A model generated the notes under the pieces. The model made no database searches. It was not told the DNA's origin and saw only the letters and a program-made list of their open reading frames with translations. From positions 5,101 through 69,100 of the forward strand of contig DATCDQ010000008.1 of NCBI GenBank assembly GCA_036510655.1: a DNA stretch of 64,000 nt, given 5' to 3'. This document shows, piece after piece, positions 55,286 through 63,030 of the stretch (position 1 is the first letter of the stretch; each line of letters opens with the position of its first letter). Origin of the DNA: Microbacteriaceae bacterium (lineage in GTDB: Bacteria > Actinomycetota > Actinomycetes > Actinomycetales > Microbacteriaceae). A program made the position numbers and the translations under genes.

Positions 55286-55361
55286 GTCACCAGACTGCGG
55301 CAAGCGTGACGGGTTGAACCCGTCGTACTGCTGTCAGCAGATCTGCTGACAGCAGACAGCC

Positions 55362-55468
55362 GTCTCGATACGCGGATTCGCTGCGCTCATGCGCTACTCG
55401 ACGAACGGTACCGGTGGTCGAGTAGCCCGCGAGCGCAGCGAGCGAGCGTATCGAGACCCGTGCAGTTC
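55362..55468. repeat. Family-A REP-like inverted pair (55362-55402 and 55425-55468)
   Basis: GTCTCGATACGCGGATTCGCTGCGCTCATGCGCTACTCGAC ... GGTCGAGTAGCCCGCGAGCGCAGCGAGCGAGCGTATCGAGACCC. Confidence 0.9.
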
Positions 55469-55476
55469 GACCAGCT

Positions 55477-56637
55477 CTACGCCCGATCGATCAGGTCGCG
55501 CGCAGCACGCCCGGGGTCTTCCCCGCGGTCTACCGCGTCTCGCACGGGCGACGTGATCGGCGCGGCCCACGGCGATGGCGCACCCGCATAGGCGGCGGCA
55601 CCGAGTCGGAAGTGCTGTGCCTGCTCCGCCGTCTCGACGAAAGGCATGTCCATCGCGAAGAGCCGGTCGCCGCGCGGCCGCGGCCCCGCCTTCGAGACCT
55701 TGCCCCACAGTTCGTGCCCGACGAACTCCTCCGCCAAGACGGATGCCTCGATCAAGCTGTCGAGATCGACCCCTGTATCGACACCCAGCTCGGTCAGCAG
55801 GTCGACGAGGTCCTCGGTGGGGATCATTCGTGTCATCCGCCCGTGACCGCCGTACGGGCAGCCTCCCATGCCTCCGATCGACGAGTCCAGCACGAGTGTG
55901 CGCTCCGGCGAAAGCACCTGCAGCGCTTGATACGCCGACAACATCGCCGTTCCGCGTGCATCGTGAAGGTGCAGGTGGAACGTCTCGATCTGTGGCCACC
56001 GGTCCTGGATCGCCAGCAGCTGCGAGGCAACCTGATCGGGCACGTTCCATGCCATCGGATCGCCGATCCACACCCGGTTCACGGTCACGCCGGCGGCATC
56101 CCACAGGTCAACTTGGCGAGCCAGCATGTCCATGCGATAGTCCTCGTCGAACGCGCCCAGCCAGTTCGAACCCCATGCGGCATTGATCGCGATCCCCGCG
56201 GTGTCAGCCCCAGCCGCAACGGCCGCATCGATCACCTGAGGCCACGCCTCGATCTCTTGCAGTTGTGTGCGATTGGTGTTGCGCCTCACGAAGACATCGC
56301 AGAGGTGCACAAGAGTGCGCGGGAATTCTCGCGACTCCGTCAGCAGAGGGGCGAAGCGACGCATCCGCTCTCGTCCTCGTTCGTTCAGCGCGAGCGCCGT
56401 GTAGGTGACGCCCTCGACCGGAGCGAACCCGGCGACGACATCGTCAATATTCGCCATCTGCGGCGTCCACTTCGGGCTGACGAACGACCCGACGACGATC
56501 GTCTGCAAGCCGGTCCGCGACAGCGCATTGAGCAGGCGGATCTTGTTCTCCACCGTGATCGACGAGCTTTCGATCTGCATGCCCTCGCGCATGCCCTCCT
56601 CGATGATGCGCACCGTTGGATAACGCGACTGTGACAT
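55477..56637 (-). CDS. HMGL-like (pyruvate carboxyltransferase/DRE-TIM) lyase family protein with a C-terminal extension
   Basis: VRIIEEGMREGMQIES...VGSFVSPKWTPQM...HLHLHDARGTAMLSAYQAL...GGMGGCPY. About 386 aa. Confidence 0.7.
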   Translation of the reverse strand: MSQSRYPTVRIIEEGMREGMQIESSSITVENKIRLLNALSRTGLQTIVVGSFVSPKWTPQMANIDDVVAGFAPVEGVTYTALALNERGRERMRRFAPLLTESREFPRTLVHLCDVFVRRNTNRTQLQEIEAWPQVIDAAVAAGADTAGIAINAAWGSNWLGAFDEDYRMDMLARQVDLWDAAGVTVNRVWIGDPMAWNVPDQVASQLLAIQDRWPQIETFHLHLHDARGTAMLSAYQALQVLSPERTLVLDSSIGGMGGCPYGGHGRMTRMIPTEDLVDLLTELGVDTGVDLDSLIEASVLAEEFVGHELWGKVSKAGPRPRGDRLFAMDMPFVETAEQAQHFRLGAAAYAGAPSPWAAPITSPVRDAVDRGEDPGRAARDLIDRA

Positions 56638-56652
56638 GCGAGTGACCTCTCT

Positions 56653-56708
56653 GGGTTGACCGTTTTGGGTTGACCGTTTTGGGTTGACCGTTTTGGGCTG
56701 ACCGTTCT
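56653..56708. repeat. 4 x 14-bp tandem repeat GGGTTGACCGTTTT
   Basis: Three perfect units plus one variant (GGGCTGACCGTTCT). Ends 16 nt upstream of the lyase start codon on the coding (-) strand, between the CoA-transferase and the lyase. Confidence 0.9.
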
Positions 56709-56725
56709 GACGTGGCCGCCGCGCT

Positions 56726-57958
56726 CTAAACGGCGCCGTGGGTGTGGAGTTCGGTGATTTCTTCGGCAGAGTAGCCGAGCGAGTCGAGAATCGAGTCCGT
56801 GTGCTCTCCGAGCAGCGGCGGTGGAGACGACGGTCCCAACGCTCGCGCATCGACGTGCACGCCGCTGCCGAGCACCACCGCCGCTTGGTGACCAGGCCCG
56901 CCCACACCGGGCCCACGCACATCTCCGACCGGAATCTCAACCTCGTGTAGCAGACCCCGAACGCGAACCTGATCCTGGTGCAGCGCCTGATCCACCGTCA
57001 ACACGCGGCCGGCCGGAATGCTGGCCGCCGCGAACATCGACTCCCATTCCGCGGCACCGTTGCCGGCGAGTCGCAGTTCCAGTTCCTCGGTCAGTTCGGC
57101 ACGATGCAGCTTGCGATCGGTGCGCGTCACGAAACGCGGGTCGTCGACGAGTTCGACGCAGTCGAGCAGGCGGCACAGCGTCTCGAATTGCGTCTGCGTG
57201 TTCGCCGCGATGTTCAGCAGGCCGTCGCCCGTCTGGAAGGTTCCGGACGGAGCGGATGTCGCGTTGCTGTTCCCGTTGCGCGTCACGTCGCGTCCGGCGA
57301 TCAGATGATCGGAGACAGCCCAGCCCATCGCTGTCAGCGCGGTCTCCAGCATCGACACGTCCAAGAAACAGCCCGTGCGATCGACGACCCGCCTGGCGAG
57401 GGCGGCGCAGATCGCCATCGACGCGGCGAAGCCGCCCAGGGTGTCGGCAATCGGGAAGCCGGCGCGCAACGGGCCGCCATCCGGAGAGCCTGTCACGTCT
57501 GCCATGCCCGCAAGGCCCTGGATGATCTGGTCGTAGGCCGGACGACTCGCGAACGGACCGGTCTGACCGAAACCGGAGACAGCACAATAGATGAGCTCGG
57601 GGTTGAGTTCGTGCAGACGTTCCCACGGAAAGCCGAGTCGGGCGAGGACGCCCGGGCGCATGTTCTCCAGCAGAACGTCCGCTGCTCGGAGCAGTCGTTC
57701 GAAGACCTTTGCGCCTTCTTCGGTCTTCAGGTTGAGGGTGATCGATCGCTTTCCACAGTTCTGCGCGACAAAAGACGCACCCATCATCGGGATGTGCGTC
57801 GCGCTTTCGCTGCTCAGCTCGCGCGCGAGGTCACCGGTCACGGGGAGTTCGATCTTGATGACATCCGCACCCAGCAGACTCAGCTGATACGCCGCGAACG
57901 GACCGGCGAGGATCGTCGTCAGATCCAAAACGCGGACACCTTCAAGTAGACCGGCCAC
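56726..57958 (-). CDS. Family III CoA-transferase (CaiB/BaiF)
   Basis: LEGVRVLDLTTILAGPFAAYQLSLLGADVIKIE and SGFGQTGP motifs. 410 aa. Confidence 0.88.
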   Translation of the reverse strand: MAGLLEGVRVLDLTTILAGPFAAYQLSLLGADVIKIELPVTGDLARELSSESATHIPMMGASFVAQNCGKRSITLNLKTEEGAKVFERLLRAADVLLENMRPGVLARLGFPWERLHELNPELIYCAVSGFGQTGPFASRPAYDQIIQGLAGMADVTGSPDGGPLRAGFPIADTLGGFAASMAICAALARRVVDRTGCFLDVSMLETALTAMGWAVSDHLIAGRDVTRNGNSNATSAPSGTFQTGDGLLNIAANTQTQFETLCRLLDCVELVDDPRFVTRTDRKLHRAELTEELELRLAGNGAAEWESMFAAASIPAGRVLTVDQALHQDQVRVRGLLHEVEIPVGDVRGPGVGGPGHQAAVVLGSGVHVDARALGPSSPPPLLGEHTDSILDSLGYSAEEITELHTHGAV

Positions 57959-58045
57959 GAACTGTCGTCCTTTCTGTCGCGAGCATGGCGGTCAAAGGGA
58001 GACCCCCTGACCGCCATGCCGCCGATGAACAATGTCTGTCGGCAA

Positions 58046-59314
58046 CTACCCGACGACGGATGCGATCTGAGCCGGAGTCACATACGTTCCGTTGGTGTTG
58101 GTCAGATCCGAATTGAACCCGACCACGGAGAAGCCGCTGAAGACGTTGTGGTACTTGTTGAAGTTGTCATCACCGCCTGCCCCGTCGTAGTTGATCTCGG
58201 TGCCCGCCTTGATCAACTTGACGCACGCCGCGTAGTCGGAACACTTCGTTCCAGGAGGACTCGCGACGCTGACGACGTCTTTCACCCAGACAGACGGATC
58301 CGTCGAGTTCGCCTTCGTCATGGCCAGCGACGCGATCACGATCGCGTCGTACTCGTTGAAGGTGGTCGGAAGCGGTTGAGCGCTGCCGTACACCTTCTTG
58401 TAGTCGGCAAGGAAGTGCGTGTAGCCATCACCGCTCGGCGAAGCCGCCACTGCAGCGAACAGGTTGGTCGACGCCCCGGAGCCGAACGCTTGAGCGTACG
58501 CTTTCGACGACTGCAGGTCGTCACCGACCCACGGGGTGCTCAGGTCACCGAGCTGAGCAGCGTTCGACCACAGCGTCGATGCTGTCTGCGTGTCGAACGA
58601 CGAGAAGATCACATCGGGGTGATTGGCGAATGCTTTCGTCAGTTCAGAACGGTATGACCCCTGCCCAGGCACGATCGTGATGCTCTGCTGCACGGTGCCA
58701 CCCAGCTTTTTGAACGCAGCGGTCAGCGGCGCAACAAAGCCCTGCGAGTTCGCCGAGTTGTCGAAGATGAGCGATGCCGTCTTGAAGCCCTTGACCTTCG
58801 CTGCGTAGTAGGCCATGGCGACTGACTCGTTCGAGTCGGACGACGTGGTGCGGAACACGTACGGGTAGTTCATCTTGTCCAGTGTCGTCGCACCGCCGAT
58901 CATCATGTCGACGACCTTGTTGGGGCCGAAGTCGCCGATGACTGCCTGGATGGTCGGTGAGAACGGCCCGATCACCGCCACCGGCTTGTCGAGCAGCAGC
59001 TTGCGGAACGCCGGCAGGGTGTCGACCGAATCCGCCGAGTCGTCGGCGCTTGCGGACTTGAGCTGGTGACCCAGCACTCCGCCGTTGTGGTTGACCTCGT
59101 ACAGGCCCGCCGCGACGCCGTGCGTGCCCCAGTCGGACAGGATCGCCTTCGACCCGGTGAACGGGAAGATCTCCCCGATCGTGAGTGCCTGGTGCGAGTT
59201 CGTACTCGATGAGCCGCTGGTACAGCCGGCTGCCGCGAGTGCGATGGCCAGCACGACGCTGGAACCCATCGCAACCCGGCGGATGCGGCGCATCCGCGCT
59301 TGTGGATTGTTCAT
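58046..59314 (-). CDS. ABC transporter substrate-binding lipoprotein (Leu/Ile/Val-binding, type I PBP family)
   Basis: Lipobox LAAAGCTSG. The LTIGEIFPFTGSKA start is typical of the LivJ/amide-binding family. Confidence 0.8.
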   Translation of the reverse strand: MNNPQARMRRIRRVAMGSSVVLAIALAAAGCTSGSSSTNSHQALTIGEIFPFTGSKAILSDWGTHGVAAGLYEVNHNGGVLGHQLKSASADDSADSVDTLPAFRKLLLDKPVAVIGPFSPTIQAVIGDFGPNKVVDMMIGGATTLDKMNYPYVFRTTSSDSNESVAMAYYAAKVKGFKTASLIFDNSANSQGFVAPLTAAFKKLGGTVQQSITIVPGQGSYRSELTKAFANHPDVIFSSFDTQTASTLWSNAAQLGDLSTPWVGDDLQSSKAYAQAFGSGASTNLFAAVAASPSGDGYTHFLADYKKVYGSAQPLPTTFNEYDAIVIASLAMTKANSTDPSVWVKDVVSVASPPGTKCSDYAACVKLIKAGTEINYDGAGGDDNFNKYHNVFSGFSVVGFNSDLTNTNGTYVTPAQIASVVG

Positions 59315-59372
59315 TGCAGTTACCTCGATTCTGTTGTGCATTGGTCTGTTGTGCATTGGTGAAGGTGGCGCA

Positions 59373-60107
59373 TCAGGCGCCCGCCGAGTTGTGCGGTGCC
59401 GCCTGGTCGTGCCCGAGGAAGATGCCAGCGAGGTCCAACTTCGCGATCTCCGCGACGGGCCCGTGAACGTGATTCGTGCCGGCGACGAGCACATGGACGT
59501 ACTGTGCATGTAACAGCGCCCGCTCAACGTTCTGCTCGATCACGAGCACCGCCGTGCCGCTCGCGGCGATGAGTTCGATCTGCTTCCAGACGACATCGGT
59601 GTAGGCCGGCGATAGGCCCGCCGTCGGCTCGTCGAGGATGATGACGGTCGGCTCCACCATCAGTGCGCGTGCCATTGCGAGCAGATTCTGCTGGCCGCCG
59701 GAAAGGTTGCCCGCCTTCTTCTCCTGTGCCTTTGCCAGATCGGGGAAGATTGCGTAGATCTCCTGCATCCGCGCTTTCGGGTCCTTTTTGGATGCGTAAC
59801 CGCCGACTTCGAGATTTTCCCGCACGGTCAGAGTGCGGAAGACGTTGTCGTTCTGCGGAACGTAGGCCAGCCCATGGCGTGGGAGCAGGTGGCCGGGCAT
59901 CCGCGTCACATCGGTTCCGTTCACCGTGATCGTGCCGGTGGTCGGCCGTAGGATGCCCGCGAGGGTCTTGGCGAATGTCGACTTTCCCGCCCCGTTCGGG
60001 CCGACGATCGCCGTGACCAGTCCGGCCGTCACGCTCACGCTGACGTTGCGCACGATCGGCGACCGCCCGTAGCCGCTCGAAATGTCCTCAGCTGTCAACG
60101 CGTCCAT
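59373..60107 (-). CDS. Branched-chain-type ABC transporter ATP-binding protein (LivF-like)
   Basis: Walker A GPNGAGKST, signature LSGGQQ, Walker B VIILDEP. Confidence 0.88.
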   Translation of the reverse strand: MDALTAEDISSGYGRSPIVRNVSVSVTAGLVTAIVGPNGAGKSTFAKTLAGILRPTTGTITVNGTDVTRMPGHLLPRHGLAYVPQNDNVFRTLTVRENLEVGGYASKKDPKARMQEIYAIFPDLAKAQEKKAGNLSGGQQNLLAMARALMVEPTVIILDEPTAGLSPAYTDVVWKQIELIAASGTAVLVIEQNVERALLHAQYVHVLVAGTNHVHGPVAEIAKLDLAGIFLGHDQAAPHNSAGA

Positions 60108-60912
60108 CGAGCACTCCTCCCAGGTAGGCGCGAACGACGTCTTTGTTGTCGCGCAGTTCGCTCATCAGGCCGGTCGCCAGCGTGCGGCCTTCTGCCAGCA
60201 CGATCACGTAGTCGCAGATCTTCTCGACCACGCCCAGGTTGTGTTCGACCATCAGCACGGTGACGCCGTCGTTCTTCAGGTCTTGGATGTGTTCGCCGAT
60301 CCGGTCGATCAGCACCGGGTTGACACCGGCCATCGGTTCGTCCAGCAGCAACAGCGTCGGTTCAGCCATCACAGCGCGCGAGATCTCGAGAAGGCGTTTC
60401 TGGCCGCCGGAAAGTTCCCGCGCCCACGTGTCGCGCAGCTCGTACAGGCCGTACTTCGCGAGGATCTCGCCGGCGCGTTCCCTGTTCGCGGCTTCGACGT
60501 TCTTGACAAGGCCCGGGCGGAAGTAGACGTTCGTGAGGGACTCGCCGGGTTGCTGTTTCGCGGCAACCATCAGGTTCTCCCACACGGTCAGACCGCCCAA
60601 TTCTCGGGAGAGCTGGAACGTGCGGATGAGCCCGAGACGCGCCCGCTTGTAGTTCGGCAGCTTCGTGACATCGTGCGTTCCGATCTTCACGTCACCGCTG
60701 TCTGCACTCATCGCCCCGGAGAGGATGTTGACGACGGTCGTCTTGCCGGCGCCGTTCGGCCCGATCAGGGCTGTGATCTGCCCTTTCGGAACGGAGAAGG
60801 TGGCTCCGTTCACGGCCTTCGCACCACCGAACGACTTGTGGATATCGGTGCAACTCAGCGCCGATTCCGTGCCTGCGCTCGGCGGGGCATGCAGCACATC
60901 CGGTTCGCTCAC
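60088..60912 (-). CDS. Branched-chain-type ABC transporter ATP-binding protein (LivG-like)
   Basis: GPNGAGKTT, LSGGQKR, LLLLDEPMAG. The GTG start overlaps the livM-like stop (GTGA). Confidence 0.85.
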   Translation of the reverse strand: MSEPDVLHAPPSAGTESALSCTDIHKSFGGAKAVNGATFSVPKGQITALIGPNGAGKTTVVNILSGAMSADSGDVKIGTHDVTKLPNYKRARLGLIRTFQLSRELGGLTVWENLMVAAKQQPGESLTNVYFRPGLVKNVEAANRERAGEILAKYGLYELRDTWARELSGGQKRLLEISRAVMAEPTLLLLDEPMAGVNPVLIDRIGEHIQDLKNDGVTVLMVEHNLGVVEKICDYVIVLAEGRTLATGLMSELRDNKDVVRAYLGGVLDGRVDS

Positions 60913-61937
60913 AATGTCTCCTCTCGGGTCAGCGCCGCGCGGTGTCCGGTTCCGGACTCCGGGGAGGACGGTGTCGCAGGCAATCTGCTGAGCCGCCGCC
61001 GCTCGGGGATGAGGCCCTGCGGGCGGAACCACAGCACCACGATCAGCAGGATGCCGATGGCCATGGCCGCGACGTTCAAGATCAGGCCGGGGTGGCCTGG
61101 CACATCCGGTAGGAACTTCGGCAGCTGCGTGAACAGCACGGGCACGATGAGTGCGCCGAGGATCATGCCCTTGTTGTTGCCGACTCCCCCGACGATCACC
61201 GCCGCGAAGATCAAGAAGGTCTCGCCGGGCAGCCATGCACTGGTGTTGAACGCGCCGGCGAACTCGACGATCAGCCCGCCGCCGATTCCTGCGTAGAAGG
61301 AACCGATCAGCATGGCGGTCAATTGGTAGCGGAACACGCTCTTGCCCAGTGCGGATGCCGCCTCCGGGTCATCGCGGATGGCACGGATCGTGCGGCCCAT
61401 CGGCGAGCGCGTGATCCTGCTCATCAGCCACCACATGATCAGGGCGATGATCAGCGTCACGACGGTGAAGAACGGAATGAAACTGTTCGCATCAAGGCTG
61501 AATAGGTCGGCCATCGGCTCCGGCACGTTCGTCAGGCCGTCCGCGCCGCCGAACAGCGGCACGTAGTTGTTGATGACGTCGTAGAGCACCAGCGACAGCG
61601 AGATCAACACCATCGCGAGGTAGTCGGTGCGCAACCGTCGGAAGGCCAGGAACGAGACCAGGAGTGCGAAGATGCACGCGGCGACGCCGCCGAGGATCAG
61701 CGGTATCGGGAACGGAAGAGACCAGCCGAAGAAGTACTGCACGCCGGAGCCGGGTGCCGGTGCCGGCATGCTCGTCGCGCCGGCGACGTACGCGCCGATT
61801 GCAACGAAACCGATGTAGGCGAAGTTCAGGATGCCGCCCTCGCCGAACTGCAGGTTGAGGCCCCAACCGAGGATGCAATAGGCGAAGACGAAGAACGCCA
61901 GTGTGATCAGGTAGTACACAAGGGGTGACATGCTCAA
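60909..61937 (-). CDS. Branched-chain-type ABC transporter permease (LivM-like)
   Basis: 342-aa polytopic protein in the operon. ATGA overlap with the upstream permease. Confidence 0.85.
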   Translation of the reverse strand: MSMSPLVYYLITLAFFVFAYCILGWGLNLQFGEGGILNFAYIGFVAIGAYVAGATSMPAPAPGSGVQYFFGWSLPFPIPLILGGVAACIFALLVSFLAFRRLRTDYLAMVLISLSLVLYDVINNYVPLFGGADGLTNVPEPMADLFSLDANSFIPFFTVVTLIIALIMWWLMSRITRSPMGRTIRAIRDDPEAASALGKSVFRYQLTAMLIGSFYAGIGGGLIVEFAGAFNTSAWLPGETFLIFAAVIVGGVGNNKGMILGALIVPVLFTQLPKFLPDVPGHPGLILNVAAMAIGILLIVVLWFRPQGLIPERRRLSRLPATPSSPESGTGHRAALTREETL

Positions 61938-62812
61938 GCCTTTCCAGGTCTGGCGAATAGGCCGTTCGGCCGGAACAACAGGGCGAGAATCAGGATCACG
62001 AACGCGACGTCGAGCTTGTAAGCCGGGTCGATGAACAGTGCGGAAACCTCGGTCGCGAGCCCGACGATGACAGCGCCGACGATCGCTCCATAGATGCTGC
62101 CGACACCGCCGACGATGACGGCGGCGAAGATCACGAACAGGAACGTCTCACCGGATCCCGGTGTGATGCTCGCCTGCGTGATGCCGAGCACGGTGCCGGC
62201 CAGGCCGGCGAGGCATCCGGACAGGAACCAGGTGAGCGTGGTGATCCGTCGCGTGTCGATTCCGCTGGTCATCGCCAGGGTGGTGTTGTCGGACATCGCC
62301 CGCATCGACTTGCCGATGCGGGTCGCCGTCAGCATCAAGTGGATCAGGATCATCAGGATGACCGCAATGCCGATGACAACGAGCTGGTCCGTCGTGAACA
62401 GGAACGGGCCGATGTGGAAGGGGTTCTCGTTCGAGATCGTGTAGCGCTGCACCTCGTTGCCCCAGATCGAACTCACAATGTTGAGCAGGATGAGCGACAG
62501 ACCGAACGTGACGATCAGAATGTAGAACAGTTTTTGGAAGCGTCTGGCGAACGGCGCCAGCAGGAACCGATTCAGCAGCACGGCCAGTATCCCAACGCTG
62601 AGCGCACCGACGACCATGGATACCCAGATGTTTAGGTGCCACGGACCGGTGTTGATCGTCCACGCGATGTACGCGCCGACGGCCATGAAATCGCCGTACG
62701 CGAAGTTGATGTAATTCGTGATGCCGAACTGAAGGCTGAGCCCGACCGCGGCGAGTGCCAGAACCGAGGCGACGACCAACCCGAAGCCGATGGCAAGGAA
62801 GAGTTCCGACAT
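61934..62812 (-). CDS. Branched-chain-type ABC transporter permease (LivH-like)
   Basis: 292-aa polytopic protein, the first gene of the transporter operon. Confidence 0.85.
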   Translation of the reverse strand: MSELFLAIGFGLVVASVLALAAVGLSLQFGITNYINFAYGDFMAVGAYIAWTINTGPWHLNIWVSMVVGALSVGILAVLLNRFLLAPFARRFQKLFYILIVTFGLSLILLNIVSSIWGNEVQRYTISNENPFHIGPFLFTTDQLVVIGIAVILMILIHLMLTATRIGKSMRAMSDNTTLAMTSGIDTRRITTLTWFLSGCLAGLAGTVLGITQASITPGSGETFLFVIFAAVIVGGVGSIYGAIVGAVIVGLATEVSALFIDPAYKLDVAFVILILALLFRPNGLFARPGKA

Positions 62813-63030
62813 GCGACTCCTTCGTCGTACGGTTGTGTGCAGCCCCGCATTGTGCCTAGACTTCGGGGCAGCTTGAGCCTCAAAGGGATCATCCGTTGAG
62901 CGTGAGAGCAGCCTAGGGAGAGTCGGGCGATGTCAACAGAGTTGTGGCATTTGAGTGCGATCCGCGCGTTCATTGCGGTTTTGTGCATTCTGCTCACGCC
63001 GCAGTCGCGCCTGCGTCTTCGGTCGCTGAC

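Noticed and set aside
54027-55303. Treating the clpP pair as the housekeeping clpP1P2 operon.
   Set aside because: No trigger factor gene lies upstream and no clpX lies downstream. The flanks are a REP pair, a catabolic operon and a convergent ferredoxin, and one paralog lacks the nucleophile. It is therefore reported as an accessory locus. Confirmation needs the rest of the genome.
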